From a virus (lineage: Duplodnaviria > Heunggongvirae > Uroviricota > Caudoviricetes), in the IMG/VR virus record IMGVR_UViG_3300042256_000013, positions 160,001-224,000 of that record: DNA of 64,000 bases. One strand, written 5' to 3'. Below are positions 45,155-54,552 of the stretch, piece by piece. The notes under the pieces were generated by a model that was not told the DNA's origin, did no database searches, and worked only from the letters and a program-made list of their open reading frames with translations. Position numbers and translations under genes: made by a program. How positions within the stretch are numbered: the stretch's first letter is position 1; every line of letters begins with the position of its first letter.

Positions 45155-46279
45155 TTAACGTTTTTTATCCATTCCTGATAATTTTGTAATTTCGTTTAGG
45201 AAATCCAAGTCATCAGACGATAATTCTTCGTTTTTAATGAAATTACTTTCACGGTTTCCGGTAATAACCTTACTTTCCGTTAAAGCATTTTTAGCCTTTG
45301 TATTAACTGCTGGACGGCTATGATTAGCAGCAGATTCATTTACAGTACCTTTCAGTACGGACTTGTGGTACTTACTGAAATCATCTTTTAGTTTATCAGT
45401 AGGTGTTACTGCTAATAGAGATTCCATAATTTGTTTTTGTTGATTAGTAAGAGGTTTTGTTAGTTCAGCAATGATAGCAGTACGAGCCTGAGTATCTTCC
45501 ATAATACTAACTTGACGTTTAGCAGCAGCAGCTTGTTCTTTAGCTTCTTTTAGAGCTACTTTAGCAGCAATTGCTTCTTCTTCAGCTTCTTTTACTGATT
45601 CATTCAACTCACGTAGAATAGAACTTTCGTTATATTGTTTTGAGTAGAATTCATTAGCAAACGCTTCAAAAATCTTACGACCAAACATGTTTTGTTTAGC
45701 TTCAACTAGTTCACCTTTAAGAGCTTGTAAGTTCTTAGCGGTAGTTTCGGTAATATAAGATGCAGCAGATTCAGCAGTACGTTTAATGAAATTCTGACGA
45801 GCTTCATTAATTTGTTTTGCACCTTCTGCAATTAGTTTTACACGAGTTTCGACTAATTGACGTTTTTCATCATGGAAATCTTTAAGTTCTTCAGCCATAA
45901 TATGGTTACTGAATTGCATGAACTTGCCAAGACTTTCATTGATGTGTTTGCGTTCTTTACGCATTGATTTAACTTCTTCAGCTAATACTGTATTAGCGAA
46001 ATTAGAGAAATTACCTAGTGTTTTACGTAGCTTAACACGGTCTTCAACAAGTTTACGTTTTTCTGCATAAACATCTGACATTTGTTCGCTGATTACTTCA
46101 GCCATCATTTTGTCTAAACCTTCAGTTAATTTTGCTAAGTCTTCTTGGTAACGTTCTTTCATTTCTTCACGCATTTCAGCAGCTACATTAGCTTTTTCTT
46201 CATTCCATGCTTCCTGGATAAGCTTTTTAGCTTCGTCAGAAAGAGATGATTCGTTCAGAAACTGATCCAATTTTGACAT
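45155..46279 (-). CDS. Prohead core scaffold (T4 gp22-like)
   Basis: Long coiled coil between protease and capsid; GRKIFEAF; many xNES sites; TATAAATA at 46333-46340. Confidence 0.85.
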   Translation of the reverse strand: MSKLDQFLNESSLSDEAKKLIQEAWNEEKANVAAEMREEMKERYQEDLAKLTEGLDKMMAEVISEQMSDVYAEKRKLVEDRVKLRKTLGNFSNFANTVLAEEVKSMRKERKHINESLGKFMQFSNHIMAEELKDFHDEKRQLVETRVKLIAEGAKQINEARQNFIKRTAESAASYITETTAKNLQALKGELVEAKQNMFGRKIFEAFANEFYSKQYNESSILRELNESVKEAEEEAIAAKVALKEAKEQAAAAKRQVSIMEDTQARTAIIAELTKPLTNQQKQIMESLLAVTPTDKLKDDFSKYHKSVLKGTVNESAANHSRPAVNTKAKNALTESKVITGNRESNFIKNEELSSDDLDFLNEITKLSGMDKKR

Positions 46280-46351
46280 TCGTTTTCTCCTTTAAAGTAC
46301 TGAGATAATATCTTGTACTCTTGATGTACAGATATTTATAAATTTATTTTA

Positions 46352-46984
46352 TTAAGCTTTTAAATTCTTAAAAAATTGATGAATTTCATCATCAATTGAG
46401 TTATTACGACCTTTTTGTGACTCAAATACACGATTTGTGCCAGCTACAGGTGCTCCGTACTTACTATTCAGAGATTCAAATACCGCTTTTGGATATGCAT
46501 CTGGAGCACTTGGTTGTGCTACAATATCAATAGTTACAATTTCGAAATCAGATACAATACCGTTATGGTCAACGTTGCCTGAACCACGAGAACTTACACC
46601 AAGCTTAACACCACTTTCAATCATAGTACGAATATCCTTACCATGAGTAGTATCAAGCAACATAATGGTAGCCATACCATTTGGTCCTTCCATCCAAACC
46701 TGAGTAATCATTCCAACTACACGGTCCAAATTTACAGTTAAAGTTTCAGGGTGATCACATTCACAAAGAATGCTTTCACCACGTGAAATACGTTCTGCCA
46801 TATTCTTAACAGCATTCGCAATTTCAGCGAATGGGTATACACGTTCATTTAAGTTACGTTGATCTGCTTGAATTGCTATCCCTTTAAGATAGCAATTCTT
46901 ACGACCAGTCATCTGATCTTCTTTGTACTCTAAAACTATTTTAGAATCATTGAATGAAGACCATTCACGAATCATATTACTCAT
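46352..46984 (-). CDS. Prohead protease (T4 gp21-like)
   Basis: YLKGIAIQ...NLNERVYP, ECDHP, LGVSSRGSG, DIVAQPSAPDAY. Confidence 0.95.
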   Translation of the reverse strand: MSNMIREWSSFNDSKIVLEYKEDQMTGRKNCYLKGIAIQADQRNLNERVYPFAEIANAVKNMAERISRGESILCECDHPETLTVNLDRVVGMITQVWMEGPNGMATIMLLDTTHGKDIRTMIESGVKLGVSSRGSGNVDHNGIVSDFEIVTIDIVAQPSAPDAYPKAVFESLNSKYGAPVAGTNRVFESQKGRNNSIDDEIHQFFKNLKA

Positions 46985-47004
46985 TTATGATCTTCCTTCT
47001 CTAA

Positions 47005-47856
47005 TTATTTTTGTTTTGGTAGTACTGACTTAGATTTTTCAGCAGTGTTGGTTGGAGTTTTAGCAGGTTTCATAACGTGTTTACCGTTATCCATAACGTT
47101 GTTATTATCTTCAACTTTAACGCTCATAGCATCTGAGTTATCGAATTTGTCATCAGTTGCATCTACAGAACCATCTTTAATAGTTACTGGTTTAACACCT
47201 TCTACTGGAGATTTAGCGTTTTTAGCAACTACAGATTTCTTGTTTACACCAGATTTTTCTGATTTTTCTGGTTCAGAAACTTTCTTCATTTGGAAAGATT
47301 CACCCATGTGTTCATCACCGAAATCAACATCACCGAATTCGTCACCCTGATCTTCTTCATCGCTGGAGAATTCATTATCACCAAAATCAGCATCACCACT
47401 TTCGATTTCATCGAACATACGTTCTAGAGCATCAAAAGCATCCTTGATTCCTTCCCATTGGTCAGCATCAGGAGCGGCACCGCCAGCTTCATGACCTTCA
47501 TCACCAAATTCCGAACCAGCATCATCAGAAGGATCTTCATCTTCTTCAGCTAGACCAGAAGCAGAACCACCACCGATGTTTACTGCGTTACCGCTAACAT
47601 CTGCACCGAACATTCCTTCTTCAAGGTCTTCTTCTTCATTTAGTTTATAACCAACGTCTTCTTCCATGTCGTCTGCTTCACCAGTATCAACATCTTCACA
47701 CATTTCTTCTTCTTCAGAATCCATTTCTTCAGAAAGATTCTTATTAATTTCTTGTGCGGTTTCAACAAAGTACTTACGCATTTTACGATCTGCTACTTCA
47801 CTGTCGCCATTAGCAAAAGCCTGGATAGCTTCTTGCAATAGTTTAATATTTGCCAT
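47005..47856 (-). CDS. Acidic prohead core protein (gp67/gp68 position)
   Basis: Very D/E-rich; between portal and protease; TATAAATA at 47901-47908. Confidence 0.65.
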   Translation of the reverse strand: MANIKLLQEAIQAFANGDSEVADRKMRKYFVETAQEINKNLSEEMDSEEEEMCEDVDTGEADDMEEDVGYKLNEEEDLEEGMFGADVSGNAVNIGGGSASGLAEEDEDPSDDAGSEFGDEGHEAGGAAPDADQWEGIKDAFDALERMFDEIESGDADFGDNEFSSDEEDQGDEFGDVDFGDEHMGESFQMKKVSEPEKSEKSGVNKKSVVAKNAKSPVEGVKPVTIKDGSVDATDDKFDNSDAMSVKVEDNNNVMDNGKHVMKPAKTPTNTAEKSKSVLPKQK

Positions 47857-47963
47857 TATATCCTCCAAAAGATATACAAAAATTTATTTTGGTATGTCCT
47901 TATTTATAGCCTTAAAAAATACCATTTTAGAAAAAGCTCAAAAATGGTACTTTTTGCCATAAA

Positions 47964-48197
47964 TTACATCATCCCACCACCAGATTGATCATCAGAAGGT
48001 GCAGCGGCATAAACCACTGCTACTACTGCGTCTCTTTTAGCAGCTTCGTTCTTTTTAAATTCTCTGTACTTTCTCAAGTTGTTGAGAATTTGTAATGTCA
48101 ATTTAGGTTTACGAGTATCGGTAATTTTATATACGGTCTGATCATCTTCAGGGTCGTACATAGAATCATCTTTAGCTTCAAAAATTTCGTCCAACAT
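47964..48197 (-). CDS. Small head-module protein
   Basis: DTRKPKLTL..LNNLRK; follows portal. Confidence 0.65.
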   Translation of the reverse strand: MLDEIFEAKDDSMYDPEDDQTVYKITDTRKPKLTLQILNNLRKYREFKKNEAAKRDAVVAVVYAAAPSDDQSGGGMM

Positions 48198-48257
48198 AAC
48201 CTATATTCCTTAATTATTTAATCGTTCAAATGAACGAATCATAACTATTTATTACTG

Positions 48258-49994
48258 TTAAAATGAATTGCCTAAACTATTTGGGTCAAAACTACCACCT
48301 CCCTGAGAATCTTGATATTCTGAATCAGCACTATCTAAGTTACCTTCTTCATCTATACCTAAATCTTGTTCAGGATTATTAGGGGATTCAATACCTACTG
48401 ATTGTAATCCAGCATCTGCACCTGGTGCATCTGGACCACCTGCGGCTGCCGCTTCAGGATTTTCTTGTAGCCAAAGTTTTTCATTTTCTACAATATCATC
48501 TTGTTCAAAGCCCATTTTTTTCATAATGAACTGTTTAGAGAAGTATTTGAGATCATTCAATGGCATATATGTTTGAATTAATTTAGCATCCATTTCTGCT
48601 TTACGATTTGCCGCAAAGTTCATTGGTGGATTAAATGTTACTTCAAATGAAGATGCACTTACGTTATATCCATTCTTTAGCATATAACGTTTGAATTCAT
48701 CATCAAAAATTCTGGAAATAATACGTTGATAACGCATACATTCGTTATTAAAACGTAATTCACTTGCCATTGCTTGAGTAGCACCATCACCGAATAATGC
48801 AACACCACCATCATCTGGACCCATAGGTAGATATGATGCTGGAATTTGTAGACCACGAATCAATTTGTTATTGAAGTAACGCAAGTCGTCAATTTGTCCA
48901 AGATTATCACCACCAGGTAAAGTTTCTACTGAAGAACCTCGTCCTTCCGCTGTTTGAGGGAAGAAATAGTCCTCAAGAATACTTAATGGGTTATATGCTG
49001 CATCCATTAGCGAAGTACTGCCACCTTTATTTGATGGAATACGTCTCTGGTGAATATCATTCTTAACTCTTTCAACAAATGCCATTGCCTGATGCGGTTG
49101 CATGTCACCTACGTCAATTTTAAATACGCGGCGTTCAGGAGCACGTTGAACACGATAGATAATAATACTATCTTCAAGAAGTTCTTTTTGTTTATATACT
49201 TTGAAAATGTTTTCAAGAATACTTGTACCGAAAGGCCAGAAAGGATCTTGTCCAGTATTCAAAGATAAGTGGATAACATGTTCTGCTGCTACAGGAAGAA
49301 CATCTAACTGTCCACCAGTACCGAATTGTCCTGAACTATCAGAACCAGAACCACCAGCACTACCCAATGAACCATAATTATTACCTGAACTCGCTAATGA
49401 GTTAGGCATTGTTCCAGGATAAGCTTGTTTATCAAAACCTATTTGTAAATTGCTCATTACTTTATCATGTAAATTCAAATGAACATCACGCATAAAGTAA
49501 ACAATTGGGGTTTTACCAGTTGCATTGTTAACCAGTACTTTATCTACGTTCATTGGGTTCACCCAATACCAAACAAAGGTTTCTGGATCACGAATAAAGA
49601 ACTGATCACCGTATTTTAGAATTCCACGAATAATATCGTAGATTCTCATTTTAAATTCATTTAAATCAGACCAAGATTCAAGGCGATCTTCTAAAGTAGT
49701 GACTTCAGTATCACCCATAGTATCTTTGTACTGAATTTGGAATGGTAGACCGAAATCTTTAGTACTTTGAGTACAGAAATCCGCAATAATGTTTAAAGCG
49801 GTTCTAATTTCAGGGTCTTGATCCATTTGGTCGTATTGACGATAACGGTCAACACGGTTCGATAAGCCAGTATATACAGCAGGAAGGTAAGATGAGAAAT
49901 TCGTCTTTGACCCTCCTGGCTGTTCCATAGCATTTCGTTGAGGAACGGTCGATAATTTAGAACGTCCTAATGTCATATGTTGTTGCCAACTCAT
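48258..49994 (-). CDS. Portal protein (T4 gp20-like)
   Basis: YDQMDQDPEI, LLEDSIIIYRVQRAPERRVFKIDVG, EDYFFP..EGRGSSVETLPGG, LQIPASYL. Confidence 0.97.
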   Translation of the reverse strand: MSWQQHMTLGRSKLSTVPQRNAMEQPGGSKTNFSSYLPAVYTGLSNRVDRYRQYDQMDQDPEIRTALNIIADFCTQSTKDFGLPFQIQYKDTMGDTEVTTLEDRLESWSDLNEFKMRIYDIIRGILKYGDQFFIRDPETFVWYWVNPMNVDKVLVNNATGKTPIVYFMRDVHLNLHDKVMSNLQIGFDKQAYPGTMPNSLASSGNNYGSLGSAGGSGSDSSGQFGTGGQLDVLPVAAEHVIHLSLNTGQDPFWPFGTSILENIFKVYKQKELLEDSIIIYRVQRAPERRVFKIDVGDMQPHQAMAFVERVKNDIHQRRIPSNKGGSTSLMDAAYNPLSILEDYFFPQTAEGRGSSVETLPGGDNLGQIDDLRYFNNKLIRGLQIPASYLPMGPDDGGVALFGDGATQAMASELRFNNECMRYQRIISRIFDDEFKRYMLKNGYNVSASSFEVTFNPPMNFAANRKAEMDAKLIQTYMPLNDLKYFSKQFIMKKMGFEQDDIVENEKLWLQENPEAAAAGGPDAPGADAGLQSVGIESPNNPEQDLGIDEEGNLDSADSEYQDSQGGGSFDPNSLGNSF

Positions 49995-50011
49995 ATTTTA
50001 TATAACTCCAT

Positions 50012-52174
50012 TTATACATTTCGAGGTGGTTCAGTATTTTCAGCAATCTGACGCAATATCAGAGCAGTTTGTCCTGCATTTGAATTTTGAGACTGTATAC
50101 TATTTAGTATCTCATTTAATACCTTATTCATGTCTTCTTGACCATTTGAAGCTGTTTGTTGTTCAACTAATGGTGAAGATTGATCAGCCTGTTCAATTTT
50201 TACAGGTTTAGTAATTTCAGTTTTTGCTGTTACTGTTTGATTACCTACATTTGTTGGTTGTGATGCAGTAGGCGGTACTGGTGGTAATGGTTTTGGTGGT
50301 TCAGTTGTAGTTTCTTCAGGTTCTTCAGAATCACTCCACCATCCTTTTACTCTATCCCACATACTTGATAACTTGCTTTTTAATGAATCGAACGCATCTA
50401 AGAATTTAGTTTTTACATCATCAACATTAATGCTCAAATTTGCTATATTAGTGAATACACCGATAACATCAGAAAATACTTTCTTAATTGAACCCATCAT
50501 TTCTTTACCAGCTTGGTCTATATCACCTTCTGAACCAGTAAACATAGTCCAAATTAATTTACCAATTCTAATTGGTATTTGAACTACGTCTCCAACTAAT
50601 TTAGTAAATGCTTCAGATACAGCATTCCATGAATCACCGAAAATCATTTCCATTATCATTCCAGGAATTTCAAGTATTTTACTTACCATACCAATATTTG
50701 CTAAATTAACTTTTGTAAGTCCATCAGAAAATAGTTTAGAAGCAAAATCCCATGCATCAGTACTGTTATCTGCTAAATTCATTAGATATGTAGCTGCCGA
50801 TTCAGCAGTCTTAGCATAAAAAGTATTAAATGGTTCAGTAAATGTTTTACCAATCCAGTTATTAAATCTTTGAGTCATATTTTCAAAGATAGGTGTTGGA
50901 TTATTTTTTGGATCATTCAGTAATTGGTCTTGAGTCTTTAATTGTTTCAAGAAAGCTGCCGCTGCTGAGTTACGAAGCAACTGTTGATTACCAATTTCTG
51001 AATCTAACATTCCTTGGTGTTCTTGAATCCATTGATGCATACGTTGTTTAGCTTCTTTAGAATCAGTTATACCAGCAGCATGTAATGCTTCCACTTGTTG
51101 AGCAAATAATTGTGTAAAGTTGTTATTAAATTCTTCTGGTAATGCACCTTCAAACATTTTACTGGACATAATCTTTTGTAAAGATTCACCAGATTTACCC
51201 ATACTGGCATAAACTGAATTGAATGTTTTGTTAACTTGAGCAGCCTTGTCATCACTAAAACCAAAACGATTTTTTAACGCTTGTTCAGTAACTTCAGAAT
51301 CTACAGTATCTGACATTCCATCAAATGTTTTTAATAAATCATCAACACTCTTACCTACAGCTTTACTTAAGTATGTCATAGACCCAACGAACTTTTCAGT
51401 ACTTTGAGCTTCAGACATGCTACGCAATCCTTGTTCACCAGCATACATTTTTTCAAATTTATAGTTCTTTGCGGTAATATCAGCTAATTGCTGTTGTGAT
51501 ACACCGTAAAGACCCATTTTATCTTGTGCAAGTTGAACGGTATTTAGTAATTTACCAAAGTGTTCTACACCATCGCCGTACTGACCTTCCATAGCAGCCA
51601 ATTCTTGACTATTACGTTTAATTGCTCCGCTAAAATCATTAATACTCATGAAAGCACCAGCGGCACCTTTACGAACAGTGAGCATACCATCTGATAATGT
51701 AAGACCTGCTGAATTTAATTCATTATACATGTTCAATTGTTCGTTCATGTATTCATAAACCATTCCGGCAACTTGAACTACTTGTAAAAATGCAGTAGCA
51801 GCCATTCCAATTGGACCAGGTAGTTTTCCTAATGAGTTTTGTAGTACTTTAGCTCCAGTAGTAAATGAGCTAACAGTGTTTTGTATAGATCCACTATTAC
51901 CTAACATTGTTTTACCAATGTTCTTTGCTTCTCCGAATAAATCTTTAAATGCGTTCTTAAAAGCTCCACCTGAACTGCCAGAACCACCTGGCCCCGGTCC
52001 ACCATTGCCAGAATCATTATTACCACCGCCAGAACCACCTGAACCAGAACCTTTATTTGTGTTCTTCTTAATATCAAGTAGTACTGAACGCATCGCACTT
52101 AAATTATCATTCATAGCGGTACTTTGATCCAACAATTGCTGTTGAATATAGTCGTTGTTGCCAATGCCAGCCAT
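50012..52174 (-). CDS. Tape-measure-like / baseplate hub protein
   Basis: 720 aa helical, Gly-rich N-terminal linker, amphipathic aromatic-spaced repeats; next to gp26/gp51-like genes. Confidence 0.55.
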   Translation of the reverse strand: MAGIGNNDYIQQQLLDQSTAMNDNLSAMRSVLLDIKKNTNKGSGSGGSGGGNNDSGNGGPGPGGSGSSGGAFKNAFKDLFGEAKNIGKTMLGNSGSIQNTVSSFTTGAKVLQNSLGKLPGPIGMAATAFLQVVQVAGMVYEYMNEQLNMYNELNSAGLTLSDGMLTVRKGAAGAFMSINDFSGAIKRNSQELAAMEGQYGDGVEHFGKLLNTVQLAQDKMGLYGVSQQQLADITAKNYKFEKMYAGEQGLRSMSEAQSTEKFVGSMTYLSKAVGKSVDDLLKTFDGMSDTVDSEVTEQALKNRFGFSDDKAAQVNKTFNSVYASMGKSGESLQKIMSSKMFEGALPEEFNNNFTQLFAQQVEALHAAGITDSKEAKQRMHQWIQEHQGMLDSEIGNQQLLRNSAAAAFLKQLKTQDQLLNDPKNNPTPIFENMTQRFNNWIGKTFTEPFNTFYAKTAESAATYLMNLADNSTDAWDFASKLFSDGLTKVNLANIGMVSKILEIPGMIMEMIFGDSWNAVSEAFTKLVGDVVQIPIRIGKLIWTMFTGSEGDIDQAGKEMMGSIKKVFSDVIGVFTNIANLSINVDDVKTKFLDAFDSLKSKLSSMWDRVKGWWSDSEEPEETTTEPPKPLPPVPPTASQPTNVGNQTVTAKTEITKPVKIEQADQSSPLVEQQTASNGQEDMNKVLNEILNSIQSQNSNAGQTALILRQIAENTEPPRNV

Positions 52175-52185
52175 GTGATTTTCCT

Positions 52186-52226
52186 TATAAATATTGTATA
52201 CAAATTCATGTATAGTCGTATTTATT
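52186..52226. promoter_or_regulatory. Divergent late-type promoters
   Basis: TATAAATA (+, 52186-52193) and AATAAATA (-, 52219-52226). Confidence 0.55.
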
Positions 52227-52237
52227 ATGGAGTCAAT

Positions 52238-53092
52238 ATGAATAAGATGAACCCTTTATCCAAGTATACTAAAGTAGAAGTACTTTACACTAAGCTTGTG
52301 AGTAATAATGTAATTCCTTACCCATCTGGAGTATTGAATAATGAAACAGTTGAATGTGGTATTTGTGCTCGTTCAGCACGTGATGAACTTATGTTTAACA
52401 ATCCAGATGCATTGATTAATGGTGAAGCAGTATCCAGCGTTATTGAAAATTGTGTTCCAAATATTGCTGATGCCCGGAAACTTTATGTACCAGATGTAGA
52501 ATTACTATTGATTGGTATTAAAATTGCAACAAAAGAAACTTCATACAATATTGAAGTTGAATGCCCTAATTGTGGTTATCATGGTGCATTTGAACGTAAT
52601 CTTGAAGCACTACTTGCAAGTGCTGAATTACTGGAAGAACAACCAGAATTGCTTCTTGAAGAAGTTGGTGGTTTACTATTGAAATTTAAACCGCATACAT
52701 GGGAAGAACATTCTGCATTTAGTCAGAAAATGTTTATTGAACAAAAGAAAGCTCGTGGTCTTGAGCAAGCAGAATTATCTGATGAAGAAAAAATGAAGCA
52801 CTTCAGTGCTATTTTCGAAATTATGACTCAATTGAGTTTTGATATGACAGTCGCTAATATCGACTATATTGAAACTGCTGATGGGATTAAAGTATCTGAC
52901 CGTTCATTTATTGCAGAATGGCTTGGACAACAACCAGCATTTGTACTTCGTCAAATTCGTGACAAAGCTGACTTTATTAACAATACTGGTATTAGTCATG
53001 AAATGGATGTTGGATGTTCTGAATGTGGTCATGAATGGACACTGGAGAATCTTCAATTCGATCCTAGCAGTTTTTTCGTACAAGGCTTCTAA
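52238..53092 (+). CDS. Baseplate hub assembly protein (T4 gp26-like)
   Basis: NPLSKY, ARDEL...NPDALING, DVELLLIGIKIAT, CPNC and CSEC pairs, FDPSSFF; ATG at 52238. Confidence 0.75.
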   Translation: MNKMNPLSKYTKVEVLYTKLVSNNVIPYPSGVLNNETVECGICARSARDELMFNNPDALINGEAVSSVIENCVPNIADARKLYVPDVELLLIGIKIATKETSYNIEVECPNCGYHGAFERNLEALLASAELLEEQPELLLEEVGGLLLKFKPHTWEEHSAFSQKMFIEQKKARGLEQAELSDEEKMKHFSAIFEIMTQLSFDMTVANIDYIETADGIKVSDRSFIAEWLGQQPAFVLRQIRDKADFINNTGISHEMDVGCSECGHEWTLENLQFDPSSFFVQGF

Positions 53093-53289
53093 TGGCTGAT
53101 GCTCAAGAAACTAAGCAAGAAATAGCAGACCTACACTTTAATTGTGAAGAGATAAAGAATGGATTATTGGAGGTTTCTGTATATATCTCCAATACGAGCT
53201 ATGAAATGCTCTTGAATATGCCTGTAACAGATCGTGATCTGCTGGTGAAGCAATACAATAAAAAGGTCAAAAAAGAAAACAAGCAATAA
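53092..53289 (+). CDS. Baseplate hub assembly catalyst (T4 gp51-like)
   Basis: SYEMLLNMPVTDRDLLV; coupled to gp26-like gene. Confidence 0.6.
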   Translation: MADAQETKQEIADLHFNCEEIKNGLLEVSVYISNTSYEMLLNMPVTDRDLLVKQYNKKVKKENKQ

Positions 53290-53320
53290 AAATTAACCAG
53301 CCTTTGTGCTGGTTTTTTGT
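53288..53320. terminator. Bidirectional terminator
   Basis: aaccagc-ctttgt-gctggtt with T tracts on both strands. Confidence 0.8.
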
Positions 53321-53978
53321 GTTCTAATTTTCTGTACTGTTTGAGATTTGCCATACTTCGTATGTCAAAGAATTTTCGTTGTTCTGTACTTGCTTTGCTG
53401 CGTACTGATCAACTCAATTCACTAATCTATCTGTACGTTTAACACGATTTATACTGACGAGATTTGGGGAGTTTATCATCCCCCGCTGGGGGAAGGATAT
53501 AAAAAAGTACTAATTAAAGTACTCAATTCTGACGATGATAGTCGTCGTTTATTCGCATCGTAAATTTCTATTTTTCAATAGAACGCAAGCGGGTTGCTCT
53601 GTTTCTCACTATTACGGTCTTATGCAACGGTCATGGGCTTACCATACTCAGTACTAAGTCTATGCGAACAAACTCAGTACCTATTCTTCTGGAATTTTGG
53701 ACGGATCAATATTGTATAAAATATGACCGCAAAATTCTTCTTCAGAAAAATTCCCTTAGCTATTTGGTAGGGGGCGATTCCTATATATCTATCGAGGAAG
53801 TTCTATCAGCTTAGTGAACTTCTTTATAGTGCCGTATTGCCGTGGGTGGTACAAACTATGCCATCTCCTAACGGGTGTCTTCTGCACTTCGAACTGCTTG
53901 AACTTCTCATTGTGCCAATTACATTTTCATCGGCGACTGTTTTTTGTCTACGTGTTCACGCAGCCAAGCAGGGTTGTC
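53295..53978 (-). ncRNA. Candidate large structured non-coding RNA (~680 nt), family not recognised
   Basis: Only long non-coding stretch in the window; own promoter (53984-54012) and terminator; many hairpins; GC above background; no minus-strand ORF of 60 aa or more. Confidence 0.6.
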
Positions 53979-53983
53979 CTATC

Positions 53984-54012
53984 ATTATACCAGATTTTTT
54001 AGAATCGTTCCA
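53984..54012 (-). promoter_or_regulatory. Phage promoter TGGAAC-N17-TATAAT driving the non-coding unit
   Basis: tggaac gattctaaaaaatctgg tataat. Confidence 0.8.
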
Positions 54013-54055
54013 CGATAATTGTAAATACTATAGAAGAACTTTTTGAGGAACTATA

Positions 54056-54538
54056 ATGAAAAGGGAAAGGTTAAAAAATTCGGTTGAGGCTGCCAAATAT
54101 AGGCAGGAATTACTTAAAAAACAAAAAGGATTAGATCCAATCACTAAAGAGAAAGTAACTGATCCAGTACTTGATCATAATCACAAAGGTGAACAAGAGT
54201 GTCGTGCAGTTCTTGATAGAACAGTTAACTCATTTGAAGGTAAAGTACAAAATGCGTTCGATAGATACATTAAGCATTTAACAACTAAAGATTTACCTAC
54301 TGTTTTACGAAATTTAGCAGATTATTATGAACAAGATTATTCTGAGACTAAAATTCATCATACAGCATTAACAATTGATGTTAAAAAGTTCAAAGCATTA
54401 CCGGCTGCACAACAAACTTCAATTCTTGAATCATTTAATGTTGTACCTGAGTCAAATAGTGCTAAACGAGCTAATCAAGCACGTAAATTAATTAAAAGTG
54501 GTCAATTAGATATGACACAAATAAAAAAAGGAGCCTAA
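54056..54538 (+). CDS. Recombination endonuclease VII-like (T4 gp49)
   Basis: Q.G.DPI...VLDHNH....RAVL.R..N..EGKV, LRNLADY; the zinc cysteines are missing. Confidence 0.8.
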   Translation: MKRERLKNSVEAAKYRQELLKKQKGLDPITKEKVTDPVLDHNHKGEQECRAVLDRTVNSFEGKVQNAFDRYIKHLTTKDLPTVLRNLADYYEQDYSETKIHHTALTIDVKKFKALPAAQQTSILESFNVVPESNSAKRANQARKLIKSGQLDMTQIKKGA

Positions 54539-54550
54539 TGGCTCCTTTTT
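54523..54550. terminator. Bidirectional terminator
   Basis: aaaaaggagcc-taat-ggctccttttt. Confidence 0.85.
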
Positions 54551-54552
54551 GT

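Noticed and set aside
51960-52060. GC-rich repetitive patch (ccaccgcc/gaacca)
   Set aside because: Explained by a Gly/Ser linker in the tape-measure-like protein
53295-53978. tmRNA, tRNA cluster, RNase P RNA or group I intron identity for the non-coding unit
   Set aside because: No acceptor stem/T-arm/CCA end or recognisable RNase P or group I core motifs by eye, and it does not interrupt a gene; a covariance-model search is needed to exclude these formally
53814-54046. Two short + strand ORFs (62 and 69 aa) in the non-coding unit
   Set aside because: No RBS, atypical composition, mutually overlapping and antisense to a consensus promoter; likely incidental
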